Assembly: GCA_046081745.1 (NCBI GenBank)
Contig: JBJTWL010000093.1
Location: 1 to 48,822 of the forward strand
Reading direction: 5' to 3'
Length of the DNA: 48,822 bases
DNA from: Flavobacteriales bacterium
GTDB taxonomy: Bacteria; Bacteroidota; Bacteroidia; Flavobacteriales_D; Crocinitomicaceae
Position numbers and translations under genes: made by a program. The notes beneath the pieces are model-generated. The model saw nothing but the letters and a program-made list of their open reading frames with translations. It was not told the origin of the DNA and did no database searches. How positions within the stretch are numbered: position 1 is the first letter of the stretch; each line of letters starts with the position of its first letter. This document shows, piece after piece, positions 20,160 through 30,040 of the stretch.

Positions 20160-21708
20160 TATGAAACGATTTTTTTTACCAATAGCCGCATCGATTTTGG
20201 TGGTGATTGGATTCGGAATGGGGTATTTATTACACCCGAAAGTAGATTCAAGACGGGCCTCCAAATTTGAAGAAGTATTAAATGCCTTGGACGAAAAGTA
20301 TGTGGATTCAATTGACAAAGACAAGGTGTTTAACCAAGCAATAAACGATATGTTGCATAAATTAGACCCTCACTCAAGATACATTACCGCACAAGCGCTA
20401 AAATCAGAACAAGAATCTATGCAGGGAAGTTTTGGAGGAATTGGCGTTAGATTTCAATTAATTAAAGACACTATTTGTGTTATTAAAGCCATCCCAAATG
20501 CGCCCGCATTTTTTTCGGGTGTTCGAAGCGGAGATCAAATCATTGCTATAAACGGCAAACCCTTCACCGGAAATAAAATTACAACGGATAAGGTGATGGC
20601 TGCATTGAAAGGAGATGTTAATACGGGAGTAGAAGTTACCGTACTTCGAAAAACAAATAAAAAACGTATCCGTATTACGAGGGGTGAGATCCCGCTGGAA
20701 ACGGTTTCTACATATTATATGATTGATCGAGAAATTGGGTTCTTACGCATTGATCAGTTTTCAGTTCCTACAGCGGATGAATTTGTTTTAGCCGCCAAAT
20801 CACTTTTAGCCCAGGGCATGAAAAAGTTAGTGCTTGACTTGCGGGGAAATCCCGGCGGAGTAATGGATGCAGCGATAAAAATTGCCGATGAATTTTTACC
20901 CAAAGGAAATGTTATTGTCTCCACTAAAAGTAAAAACAATGAAGGAGAGGTCTCTAAATCTACGGGTGGAGGGTGTCTTGAAAAAATAAATTTGGTAGTG
21001 TTAATTGATGAAAACACAGCATCCGCAGCTGAAATTTTAGCCGGGGCCATTCAAGATAACGACCGAGGACACTTGGTCGGAAGACGAACTTATGGAAAAG
21101 GACTCGTACAGCAAGACCAGATGTTATCAGACGGAAGTAGTGTTAGAATGACAATTTCACGATATTATACACCATCAGGCCGATCCATTCAGCGCACGTA
21201 TACCGGAGATTACGAAGCTTACATGCGCGATGAGGCTCGTTACATCAAAGGAGAACTATTTAGTCAAGACTCTATGTATTTGGATAAATCCAAAGTATAT
21301 AAAACAAAAAAGGGTCGCCGTGTATATGGCGGTGGCGGGGTAATACCTGATGAATTCGTTCCGCTAGATACCACGGGCTCATCTAACTATTTAACCGAAT
21401 TAACTATGAATCAAACCTTCAGTGCGTTTGTATTTAAGTTCCTTCAAACGAATCGAAATAAATGGAAAACGATAGCGCACTTAAGGGATTATTTATGGTC
21501 AACTGCGGACTTGAAAACATTTACAACATTTGCTTCAAACACCTACCACATTCATGGTTATGATCAATTAAACAAGCGTCAAACACTTCGCATTAATCAG
21601 CAATTGAAGGCAGAGTTTGCCAGACAATTATGGGATGAGATTGGTGTTTATAAAGTGACGTCGAACTACGATAAAGAACTTCAACAAGCGCTTAAGAAAT
21701 TCCGTTAA
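20152..21708 (+). CDS. ctp: S41 family carboxy-terminal processing peptidase with PDZ domain
   Basis: 518 aa with an N-terminal TM/signal segment, a PDZ-like segment (GDQIIAINGK), and S41 motifs RGNPGG, TASAAE and TYGKG. The start may be ATG 20152 (8-nt overlap) or ATG 20161. Confidence 0.85.
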   Translation: MSDMKRFFLPIAASILVVIGFGMGYLLHPKVDSRRASKFEEVLNALDEKYVDSIDKDKVFNQAINDMLHKLDPHSRYITAQALKSEQESMQGSFGGIGVRFQLIKDTICVIKAIPNAPAFFSGVRSGDQIIAINGKPFTGNKITTDKVMAALKGDVNTGVEVTVLRKTNKKRIRITRGEIPLETVSTYYMIDREIGFLRIDQFSVPTADEFVLAAKSLLAQGMKKLVLDLRGNPGGVMDAAIKIADEFLPKGNVIVSTKSKNNEGEVSKSTGGGCLEKINLVVLIDENTASAAEILAGAIQDNDRGHLVGRRTYGKGLVQQDQMLSDGSSVRMTISRYYTPSGRSIQRTYTGDYEAYMRDEARYIKGELFSQDSMYLDKSKVYKTKKGRRVYGGGGVIPDEFVPLDTTGSSNYLTELTMNQTFSAFVFKFLQTNRNKWKTIAHLRDYLWSTADLKTFTTFASNTYHIHGYDQLNKRQTLRINQQLKAEFARQLWDEIGVYKVTSNYDKELQQALKKFR

Positions 21709-24338
21709 GCGTCTTCCCCAAGTGCTTTAGAAATTTCGATTTGAATTTTCTCCGTATCGTAATCCTCTTCTTCATCAAATATTTCAAAGTACGGCTCTTC
21801 GAACGACTTGGACATAATCCGTTTTTGTAAAGTCAGTAACAGGGAAGGTAGAATAATGAGGTTTGTAACCATTCCCACCAAAATAGTAATTGATACTAAT
21901 AAACCAAGCGCTTTCGTTCCTCCAAATTGAGAAAACACGAACATGATAAATCCAAAGAATAAAATAACCGAAGTGTAGAATATCCCAAGTCCGGTTTCAC
22001 GTAACGACGTTAATATAGCATAGTTCATGTCGTGCGTGTTTGCCTTTAACTCCTGTCGGTATTTAGCCAAAAAGAGGATGGCATTATCCACCGTAATACC
22101 AAGTGCAATTCCAAAAACCAATAAGGTGGAAGGTTTTAATGGAATGTCGAAATACCCCATTATTCCTGCGGTAAACAACAGCGGAATGATGTTTGGAATC
22201 ATTGAAACCACGATGATTTTTAAGGAACGAAACAATACCGCCATCAGCAAGGCAATGGAAAGTACAGCGAATAACAAGCTTTGTAAAAGGTTTACAAAAA
22301 GATACTTGGTTCCTTCAGAAACCACCACAGAAACGCCAGTAAAAGTTACGTCGTAATACTGATTATTTATCGCGTCTCTAAGTCTTTTTATAGATGATTT
22401 TTTAGCACGGTATTTATAAAGCTTATCCGGATCTACGTCGAATGCATATTGTACCTCCTCGTCACCTTGGGCAATAGAGCGGATTACATCGTTAGCTATA
22501 CCTGAATAAGACACCAGTGAATCAAAACAACGGTGGTCCCCTCGTTCATATTTTTTAAACAAACGTTCCCATTCTTGTCGTTCAGGATTCATTAGCGCAT
22601 CTACCTCCAGCTTTAAGGTATCTACTTTTTGTGCAACACTATACGATCCGAGGTCCTTCATCTGAGTTCTAATCCGTAAGGTGGTGTTAGCCGTATCCAC
22701 CAAATCCTTTAAGGATAGATTCCCATTATTTACATTGTTAAAGTCAAATTTTTCAAAATACGTTTTTAATTTCAACATATCTCGTTTTTTAATAATCTTA
22801 TAATAAGCAGGATTGCCTTGATGATAAGACATATTAATAACTTTCAAGAAGTCAAGGTAGGTGAGGCTTTTTGAGAATAAAGTGTCTTGTTCAAACATAG
22901 ATTGAACCCCCTCCACGCGGGACATGGTTGTTTCATTGAAAAGTTTGCCGGGCGCTTTATAATTGACAGTAATTTCAAACGGTATAGATCCCCCAAAGTT
23001 TCGTTCGATAAACTTTAAATCGCGAGAAATTTGATCGTTTTCAGGGATGTCTCCGGTAACGTTTCCTGTGGCTGTAATTTTTGTCATGCCGTAGATTCCA
23101 ACAACCAACATCACAACCGATAACACATAGACAATGGGTCGATAACGACCGATAATAATAATAATATATTCAATAAAGCCTTGTGAATAGACCCTTGACA
23201 AGTGTCTTAAGTGGCGTTCCTTTGGGGGGGCACTATAACTAGCGAGAATCGGAACAATACACAACGAAAGTACGAACACCACCATAATGTTCAAGCTAGA
23301 AATAACACCGAATTCAGCCAGTCGATCACTGCTGGTAAATGTTACAAATCCTACGGCGGTCGTTAAATTTGTTAAAAATGTTACAGGACCAATGCGTCGA
23401 ATCATAATAAATAACGCTTTGGTTTTATTACCCATTCGATTAAACTCTTGGTGGTATCTAGTGACAATAAACACACAGTTAGGCACCCCAATCACAATAA
23501 GTAATGGTGGAATTAAGGCCATCATTATGGTGATTGAGTAGTTGAATAAGGCTATGGTTCCGAGTGCCCAAATCACAGAAACAAACACCACCAAGTTGCA
23601 TTGAACAACTATTCTAAAAGACCTGAAGAAAATATATAATAGCAAGGATGAAGCGAAAATGGAAAGCCCTAGAAACAGGAACATTTCGTTTAGAATTCGT
23701 TTTGCAACGGTTACGCGGATATGCGGTAATCCCGAAAAGTAAAATTTGCCAAGGGTAGGTTCGTATTGTTTAGCAAGCTCTTCGATTTGAAAAACCACTT
23801 TGGACTTGACTTTATCTTCCAGTACTTTTTCGTTTAATCCGATAAGCATTAAAGATACTTCGCTCGAATCATTGTATAATACGTTTTTGTAGGCTGGATT
23901 TTTCTTAATTAATGTATGAATAGAATCAATGGATTTTTCCTTAAAGGTGGTATCATAAAATATGCGATGTATCACGAATTTTTGCTCAGTCGTGTCATTA
24001 ACAATATTGAATAAGGTGGCTTCGGAAATAACGGTTTCAACTCCGGGTTGTGCTAGGATTTTATCCCCAAGATCTTTCCAGGCCTTGAATTTCTTTTCAG
24101 AATAGAGGTCTTTTGAAGAAATAGCCATGACCAACGTGGCTCCGTCTTCTCCAAACTGTTCCTTGAATTTCACATAGTTCATTTGTGTGGGGTGATCCTT
24201 CGGAAGAAGTATTCCGTACCGGTTGTCCACACGCAAGTCTGAAACGATAAAATATCCAAAAAACAAGGTCAACAGGAAGATAATGGTTAGGATGTATAAC
24301 CGGTTCCTTAAAATGATGCTTGCTATTCTACTCCACAT
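21705..24338 (-). CDS. MMPL / RND-superfamily exporter (two 6-TM bundles, SSD-like)
   Basis: 877 aa. Two repeats, each a large soluble loop followed by a cluster of hydrophobic helices. This is the typical MMPL/HpnN-like architecture. Substrate unknown. Confidence 0.75.
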   Translation of the reverse strand: MWSRIASIILRNRLYILTIIFLLTLFFGYFIVSDLRVDNRYGILLPKDHPTQMNYVKFKEQFGEDGATLVMAISSKDLYSEKKFKAWKDLGDKILAQPGVETVISEATLFNIVNDTTEQKFVIHRIFYDTTFKEKSIDSIHTLIKKNPAYKNVLYNDSSEVSLMLIGLNEKVLEDKVKSKVVFQIEELAKQYEPTLGKFYFSGLPHIRVTVAKRILNEMFLFLGLSIFASSLLLYIFFRSFRIVVQCNLVVFVSVIWALGTIALFNYSITIMMALIPPLLIVIGVPNCVFIVTRYHQEFNRMGNKTKALFIMIRRIGPVTFLTNLTTAVGFVTFTSSDRLAEFGVISSLNIMVVFVLSLCIVPILASYSAPPKERHLRHLSRVYSQGFIEYIIIIIGRYRPIVYVLSVVMLVVGIYGMTKITATGNVTGDIPENDQISRDLKFIERNFGGSIPFEITVNYKAPGKLFNETTMSRVEGVQSMFEQDTLFSKSLTYLDFLKVINMSYHQGNPAYYKIIKKRDMLKLKTYFEKFDFNNVNNGNLSLKDLVDTANTTLRIRTQMKDLGSYSVAQKVDTLKLEVDALMNPERQEWERLFKKYERGDHRCFDSLVSYSGIANDVIRSIAQGDEEVQYAFDVDPDKLYKYRAKKSSIKRLRDAINNQYYDVTFTGVSVVVSEGTKYLFVNLLQSLLFAVLSIALLMAVLFRSLKIIVVSMIPNIIPLLFTAGIMGYFDIPLKPSTLLVFGIALGITVDNAILFLAKYRQELKANTHDMNYAILTSLRETGLGIFYTSVILFFGFIMFVFSQFGGTKALGLLVSITILVGMVTNLIILPSLLLTLQKRIMSKSFEEPYFEIFDEEEDYDTEKIQIEISKALGEDA

Positions 24339-24364
24339 GGTTTTAGTTTACCTAAAATTCCCTA

Positions 24365-24372
24365 CAAAGTTA
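24365..24372 (-). promoter_or_regulatory. -7 box (TAACTTTG) for the MMPL transporter gene
   Basis: Exact TAnnTTTG on the minus strand, 26 nt upstream of the ATG at 24338. Confidence 0.4.
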
Positions 24373-24440
24373 CAAATTTCAACGGTTTCCTGAAGATAGA
24401 TTATGAAATCCGTTGGGGTTACAGGGGTATTTTTTGAAAA

Positions 24441-24473
24441 AACAAAAAACCCTGACTTCAAAGTCAGGGTTTT
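24441..24473 (-). terminator. intrinsic terminator of the tRNA-Gly/tRNA-Leu unit
   Basis: Perfect 8-bp stem ccctgact (24450-24457) / agtcaggg (24462-24469) with a 4-nt loop. Flanked by A-run and T-run, so it is followed by TTTTTTGTT on the minus strand. Lies directly 3' of tRNA-Leu. Confidence 0.7.
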
Positions 24474-24474
24474 G

Positions 24475-24558
24475 TACTCGAGGCGGGACTTGAACCCGCA
24501 CGGGCAAATGCCCACAGGATTTTAAGTCCGGCGTGTCTACCAATTCCACCACTCGAGC
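24475..24558 (-). tRNA. tRNA-Leu (anticodon TAA), class II with long variable arm
   Basis: Reverse complement reads GCTCGAGTGGTGGAATTGGTAGACACGCCGGACTTAAAATCCTGTGGGCATTTGCCCGTGCGGGTTCAAGTCCCGCCTCGAGTA. Cloverleaf with anticodon loop CTTAAAA, T-loop GGTTCAAGTCC and discriminator A. No encoded CCA. Confidence 0.9.
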
Positions 24559-24565
24559 AATCCTG

Positions 24566-24638
<73 letters not shown>

Positions 24639-24678
24639 TTATTAACGGGTTAACGATTTGTTAACTTGTTGTGCGTTG

Positions 24679-24686
24679 CAAATGTA
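24679..24686 (-). promoter_or_regulatory. -7 box (TACATTTG) for the tRNA-Gly/Leu unit
   Basis: Exact TAnnTTTG on the minus strand, 40 nt upstream of the tRNA-Gly 5' end. A TTTG lies 23 nt further upstream as a possible -33 element. Confidence 0.45.
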
Positions 24687-24716
24687 CGAAAAACAATTTT
24701 TTATCCCAAATGGATT

Positions 24717-27347
24717 TTATCCTCCCGTTAGCTTTTTTATCTCGTGAAGCTTCATTAAGGCCTCAACGGGAGTTAACACGTTGATATCAATAGCGATTAG
24801 TGTTTCATGGATTTGTTCCAACACCGGATCGTTTAATTGAAAAAAACTAAGCTGCATTGGGGTTTCTTTGCTGATTTTTTTCGGTTTTTTAGGGAGGTTC
24901 GATTCAGAATGACCAACATGTTGGTGACTCTGTTCTAATTCTGAAAGCACATGTTCGGCCCTGGAAACCACCCAATCTGGCATTCCAGCGAGTTTAGCGA
25001 CATGGATTCCAAACGAATGTTCACTACCCCCAGGAACCAGTTTTCGAAGAAACAAAATGTTTTTTCCTAATTCTTTAACAGCAATGGAGTAATTTTTTAT
25101 CCGATCAAATCTACCAGCCATTTCATTTAATTCATGATAGTGAGTCGCAAAAAGGGTTTTGGGACGATATTTTTTATTTTCATGAAGATATTCGGTAATT
25201 GCCCAAGCAATTGAAATTCCATCATAGGTACTGGTGCCTCTTCCGATTTCATCTAAAATAACCAGGCTTCGTTCGGACAAGTTATTTAAAATGCTCGCGG
25301 TCTCATTCATTTCTACCATAAAGGTTGATTCACCTGCGGATAGGTTATCCGATGCCCCAACCCGCGTAAAAACCTTATCTACTAATCCTATGGTCGCTTT
25401 TTTGGCCGGAACGAACGACCCTATTTGTGCTAAAATTACGATTAAAGCCGTTTGCCTTAATACAGCACTTTTACCACTCATGTTTGGACCAGTAATCATC
25501 ATGATTTGTTGTTCTTCGTTGGATAAGAACAGATCATTAGCGACGTAAATTTCTCCGGATTTTAGTTGTTTTTCTATCACCGGATGTCGGCCTTCTTCGA
25601 TATGAATCACCAGAGAATCCGTGACTTCGGGTAAACAATATTGCTGTTCCTTCGCTAATACTGCAAAACTGCTTAACACGTCTAATCGAGCCAAGGTGGA
25701 AGCGTTCTGTTGAATTACTGCCACATGCCCTGCTAAAGCGCCCAATAAATCAGAATAAATCTGCTGTTCAAGTGCAACGATTTTCGCTTCTGCACCCAAG
25801 ATTTTTTCTTCGTATTCTTTTAATTCTTCGGTGATATAGCGCTCAGCATTTACTAACGTTTGCCGTCTTATCCATTCAGAGGGCACCTTATCTTTATGGG
25901 TGTTTCTTACTTCGATATAATATCCAAACACATTATTGAATGCGATTTTTAAACTTGTAATGCCTGTTTTTTCAGCCTCACGGTCTTGTAAATCTTGTAG
26001 ATATTGTTTTCCGTTGTTTGAAATGTTTCTCAACTCATCGAGTTCTTCATCCACCCCAGACTTAATGACCGCACCTTTTCCTATAGCGATCGCTGGCGAA
26101 ATATCAATGGTGGAGTCAATTTGATGCAACAGGTCTTCGCAGGCGCTAAAGGAATTAGAAAGTTCATGAATCATGACGTTTTCCGTCTCTTTGCTTAGGA
26201 TTTGTTTTATGGGACTTATTAATTCAAGACTGCGATGTATATGTCTGATTTCACGTGGATTAACCTTGCCAACAGCTACTTTCGAAATGAGTCGCTCAAG
26301 ATCCCCACAGCGTGATAAGAGCTCGCGAATTTTTTCCGTTGACGAAGGGGCTGAATAAAACCAAGATACCGCTTCATTTCTGGCGTGAATTTGTTTCAGG
26401 TTGGTCAGGGGCAACAACACCCAGCGCTTTAATAAGCGACCTCCCATGGCCGTTAAGGTATGGTCAATTACTTCAAGTAATGTTTTCGCCCGTTCATCTT
26501 GCGGGTATACCAGTTCTAAATTTTTAATGGTAAATCGATCAAGCCAAAGGTGCTCCTTCTCTTCAATACGGGCAATGGAGCGAATGTGATGCAAAGATTG
26601 TAATTGGTTCTCCTTAACGTAATGGAGCGCGGCAGAAGCAGCAATGATACCATTGATGTGCTCAGTAACACCAAAACCCGCTAAATTTTTTGTGCCAAAA
26701 TGAGCCGCTAAGTGCTCTTCCGCAAAATCAGCGATAAAAACCCAATCGTCCAAGCGATAAAAACAATCGATTGAATACTGCAGGCTCCGAAAGTCATCTT
26801 GTTTTTGCTTTTGGTATACAATTTCTGCCGGGTTGAATACGGACAAGAGTTTATCAATACGCTGAATATTCCCTTCTCCCAGTAGAAATTCCCCGGTCGA
26901 AACATCCAAAAAAGCAACACCAACTGATTGCTTTCCAAAATGAATAGCCGCAAGAAAATTATTATTTTTTTGAGTTAATACTTGGTCATTGAATGCAACA
27001 CCTGGAGTGACTAATTCGGTTACCCCCCGTTTAACAATGGTTTTCGTCATTTTCGGGTCTTCCAACTGGTCACAAACCGCCACCCGTTGCCCTGCTCGAA
27101 CTAATTTAGGTAAATAGGTTTCTAACGAATGATGGGGGAATCCCGCTAAATCGATTTCTGCAGCAGCTCCATTTTTTCGTTTCGTTAAGACGATCCCAAG
27201 TATTCGCGAAGTTTTTACCGCATCTTCTCCAAAGGTTTCATAGAAATCTCCTACACGAAACAGCAATAAAGCACCTGGATGTTTTGCTTTAATTTGATGA
27301 TATTGTTTCATCAACGGTGTTTCTTCGTTGGAACTAGATTTCGCCAA
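24717..27347 (-). CDS. mutS: DNA mismatch repair protein MutS
   Basis: 876 aa with the N-terminal mismatch-binding region (TPLMKQYHQIKAKHPGALLLFRVGDFYETF) and Walker A ITGPNMSGKS. The track start is a TTG at 27347, so the exact start is uncertain. Confidence 0.95.
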   Translation of the reverse strand: MAKSSSNEETPLMKQYHQIKAKHPGALLLFRVGDFYETFGEDAVKTSRILGIVLTKRKNGAAAEIDLAGFPHHSLETYLPKLVRAGQRVAVCDQLEDPKMTKTIVKRGVTELVTPGVAFNDQVLTQKNNNFLAAIHFGKQSVGVAFLDVSTGEFLLGEGNIQRIDKLLSVFNPAEIVYQKQKQDDFRSLQYSIDCFYRLDDWVFIADFAEEHLAAHFGTKNLAGFGVTEHINGIIAASAALHYVKENQLQSLHHIRSIARIEEKEHLWLDRFTIKNLELVYPQDERAKTLLEVIDHTLTAMGGRLLKRWVLLPLTNLKQIHARNEAVSWFYSAPSSTEKIRELLSRCGDLERLISKVAVGKVNPREIRHIHRSLELISPIKQILSKETENVMIHELSNSFSACEDLLHQIDSTIDISPAIAIGKGAVIKSGVDEELDELRNISNNGKQYLQDLQDREAEKTGITSLKIAFNNVFGYYIEVRNTHKDKVPSEWIRRQTLVNAERYITEELKEYEEKILGAEAKIVALEQQIYSDLLGALAGHVAVIQQNASTLARLDVLSSFAVLAKEQQYCLPEVTDSLVIHIEEGRHPVIEKQLKSGEIYVANDLFLSNEEQQIMMITGPNMSGKSAVLRQTALIVILAQIGSFVPAKKATIGLVDKVFTRVGASDNLSAGESTFMVEMNETASILNNLSERSLVILDEIGRGTSTYDGISIAWAITEYLHENKKYRPKTLFATHYHELNEMAGRFDRIKNYSIAVKELGKNILFLRKLVPGGSEHSFGIHVAKLAGMPDWVVSRAEHVLSELEQSHQHVGHSESNLPKKPKKISKETPMQLSFFQLNDPVLEQIHETLIAIDINVLTPVEALMKLHEIKKLTGG

Positions 27348-27400
27348 ATGAGTTAGATTTCAGAATTTAGCATCTAAATTAGCTTGAGTAAACCGAATAT

Positions 27401-27408
27401 CAAAATTA
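27401..27408 (-). promoter_or_regulatory. -7 box (TAATTTTG) upstream of mutS
   Basis: Exact TAnnTTTG on the minus strand, 53 nt upstream of the proposed mutS start. Confidence 0.35.
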
Positions 27409-27428
27409 ACAACTAAGGACTTTTCAAC

Positions 27429-27977
27429 ATGAACAAGAAACTTAAACTGTGGGAATTGAACAGGGTATCTCCTGAAGAATTTTCAAAACAAGAAAAGTTG
27501 CCCGTGGTGGTGGTACTCGATGATTTGAGGTCGTTTGAAAACGTTGGTTCTGTATTTAGAACTTCCGATGCGTTTAATATCCAAGAAATAATATTATGCG
27601 GGATTACACCCGTCCCCCCTCACCGAGAAATTCATCGAACTGCTTTGGGTGCGACGGATACGGTTAAGTGGACCTATATTGCTAAAGCTACGGAGGCCAT
27701 TGTAAAGTTGAAATCGGAAGGATATACCATTTATGCCCTTGAACAGGCAGAAAAAACCATCATGCTTCAGCACTTAAAAAAGTCGATTAAATCACCAATA
27801 GCCTTGGTTTTTGGAAATGAAGTGAATGGCGTAAATCAAGACGTGATAGACCAATGTCATGCTGTACTTGAAATCCCTCAGTTTGGAACAAAGCACAGTT
27901 TGAATGTTAGTGTGTGTGTTGGTGTGGTTTTATGGGAGTGTGCAACCGTATTAAATCCCTCATTAAACGTTGATTAG
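27429..27977 (+). CDS. SpoU/TrmH-family RNA 2'-O-methyltransferase
   Basis: 182 aa with SPOUT motifs (NVGSVFRTSDAF, LVFGNEVNGV, IPQFGTKHSLNVSV). Confidence 0.8.
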   Translation: MNKKLKLWELNRVSPEEFSKQEKLPVVVVLDDLRSFENVGSVFRTSDAFNIQEIILCGITPVPPHREIHRTALGATDTVKWTYIAKATEAIVKLKSEGYTIYALEQAEKTIMLQHLKKSIKSPIALVFGNEVNGVNQDVIDQCHAVLEIPQFGTKHSLNVSVCVGVVLWECATVLNPSLNVD

Positions 27978-28564
27978 CGATAAAAACCCATCTCCGTGAT
28001 CATCCGCTCTACGGCTACCGGAACCATATATTTGATACTTTTTTCTGCTTTAATTAAGGCCCTAATTTGACTAGAAGATAATTCTAATGCTGGAACGTTT
28101 GATAAAAACTCAAGATTCTTTTCCGCTGTAGGGGTAGATGTCTTTTCGGTTTCATGCTTTTGAATGCTGCGTGGATATATTAATATCCTAAAATTATTCA
28201 GTATAAATTCGGCGTTATACCACGAATTCATTCCCCTTAAATTATCCTCACCAACGATCAGAGAAAAGGTGTGATTAGGGTATTTCTCTACTAAATAAGT
28301 GAGTGTAACCGCCGTATAGTTGGGTTGAGGAAGGTTAAATTCAATGTCCGAAGCTCGAAATTTGAGGTTATCATGAATCGCATCTCGCACCATATTTAAT
28401 CGGTGATGATCCGCCAATAAATTCCCCTTTTTTTTGATCGGGTTGTGTGGTGTAACCACAAACCAAACTTGATCTAAATCGGTTTCATTGATTACCCCTT
28501 CGGCTAGCATAAGATGTCCCGAGTGAATGGGGTTGAACGAACCAAAAAACAACCCTATTTTCAT
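27974..28564 (-). CDS. nadD: nicotinate-nucleotide adenylyltransferase
   Basis: 196 aa with the HxGH-type nucleotidyltransferase motif GLFFGSFNPIHSGHL and a C-terminal SSSQIR motif. Confidence 0.9.
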   Translation of the reverse strand: MKIGLFFGSFNPIHSGHLMLAEGVINETDLDQVWFVVTPHNPIKKKGNLLADHHRLNMVRDAIHDNLKFRASDIEFNLPQPNYTAVTLTYLVEKYPNHTFSLIVGEDNLRGMNSWYNAEFILNNFRILIYPRSIQKHETEKTSTPTAEKNLEFLSNVPALELSSSQIRALIKAEKSIKYMVPVAVERMITEMGFYR

Positions 28565-29145
28565 TGGGTTATAAATTGTATTACCCGTGTTTTTGCTTCA
28601 GCAACCGCTTTATCTAGTTCGTCGTTAAGTATCACAGCATCAAATGTGCTGGCTTGTGAAAGTTCCCAAGAGGCTTTCTTAATTCTTAATGCGATGCGTT
28701 CTTCACTTTCGGTTTCTCGAGCGCGAAGTCTTTTTTCAAGAATCTCAATACTCGGAGGTTTAATAAAAACGGATAATGCGTGTTCTTTGAATAACGCTTT
28801 CAAATTCAACCCTCCAACCACATCCACATCAAAAACAACCACTTTTCCATCGTCCCATAATCGTTGTACCTCACGTTTTAACGTCCCATAGTAGTGATCC
28901 GTGTACACCTCTTCCCACTCAATAAAATCCTGATTTTCAATCGCTTGTTTGAATCCTTCTACGCCTAGAAAGTAATAGTCTTTACCATGTTCTTCCGTTG
29001 GCCGAGCATTTCTCGAGCATGCCGATACGGAAAAGGCCAACTGACTAATTTCATCCATTAATCGGTGAACAATGGTTGTTTTTCCGGCCCCCGAGGGAGC
29101 AGAAACAATAATCGACTTTTCAATTTTCACCGGTTTAGAGGACAT
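28561..29145 (-). CDS. gmk: guanylate kinase
   Basis: 194 aa with P-loop SAPSGAGKTT and guanylate-kinase-like core. 4-nt overlap with nadD and 11-nt overlap with yicC. Confidence 0.9.
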   Translation of the reverse strand: MSSKPVKIEKSIIVSAPSGAGKTTIVHRLMDEISQLAFSVSACSRNARPTEEHGKDYYFLGVEGFKQAIENQDFIEWEEVYTDHYYGTLKREVQRLWDDGKVVVFDVDVVGGLNLKALFKEHALSVFIKPPSIEILEKRLRARETESEERIALRIKKASWELSQASTFDAVILNDELDKAVAEAKTRVIQFITQ

Positions 29146-29998
29146 TTTGAACTTGTTCTTTAATTTTCTCTAAATGATTTTTCATATCCACAATCATGCG
29201 TTGCATTATTGCATGACTACTTTTACTTCCCAGTGTATTGATTTCTCTTCCCATTTCCTGTACAATAAAACCAAGTTTTTTGCCACTTGATTCATTCGAC
29301 GCCATGGTTTCTCGGAAGTAAGCGATGTGGCTTTTCAATCTAATTTTTTCTTCAGAAACATCAAGTTTGTCCATGTAAAACAACAGTTCCTGCTCAACAC
29401 GAGTTTGAATATCTTGGTTATCGAGTTCTTTTACTGCCTGTTCCAATCGAGTGCGAGCGGACAAAATACGTTCCTTCTCATAAGGTTCAAGTTGTGCAAC
29501 TATGGATTCAATGTGAAGCAAGGATGTTTCTAAGTCATCTTTCAAGGTCTTGCCCTCTGTCAACCGAAAGTTAATAGCAGCATGAATAGCCTCACGCAAC
29601 AAATTGAGCATAAAATCTTGTTCTTCTGCCGTGATTTCTTCTGATGGTTGTTTAATGACTCCGGGTAATGCGGTAAGTGTTCCAACCCATTCCGCCGGCT
29701 CAAGTGCTTCCTCGTCTAAGAGCCGTTTAATGTCTGCTATATATGCTTTTGCAAGGGTGAAATCAACATTACTGTTTTTTGTATTTGGGTTGTCTTCAAG
29801 GTATAAGCCGACGTCAACTTTACCACGCTCTAAGGCTTGTCCTACTTCCGTTCTAATGAGTGACTCCATGTTGCGAAAGGCGGATGGAACTTTTACCGAT
29901 AAGTCTAGGCCCTTTCCATTCAATGAACGGATTTCGATGGAGCGCTTTTTCCCTTCAAAAACCCCGCTACTTTTTCCAAAACCCGTCATTGACCACAT
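29135..29998 (-). CDS. yicC: YicC-family protein
   Basis: 287 aa with N-terminal MWSMTGFGK and the C-terminal conserved block GKKLGFIVQEMGREINTLGSKS typical of YicC. Confidence 0.85.
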   Translation of the reverse strand: MWSMTGFGKSSGVFEGKKRSIEIRSLNGKGLDLSVKVPSAFRNMESLIRTEVGQALERGKVDVGLYLEDNPNTKNSNVDFTLAKAYIADIKRLLDEEALEPAEWVGTLTALPGVIKQPSEEITAEEQDFMLNLLREAIHAAINFRLTEGKTLKDDLETSLLHIESIVAQLEPYEKERILSARTRLEQAVKELDNQDIQTRVEQELLFYMDKLDVSEEKIRLKSHIAYFRETMASNESSGKKLGFIVQEMGREINTLGSKSSHAIMQRMIVDMKNHLEKIKEQVQNVL

Positions 29999-30014
29999 GC
30001 TGCTTCTTTTTTTT

Positions 30015-30022
30015 CAAAGGTA
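30015..30022 (-). promoter_or_regulatory. -7 box (TACCTTTG) for yicC-gmk-nadD
   Basis: Exact TAnnTTTG on the minus strand, 16 nt upstream of the yicC ATG. Confidence 0.45.
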
Positions 30023-30040
30023 GGAATTAGAATATATATG

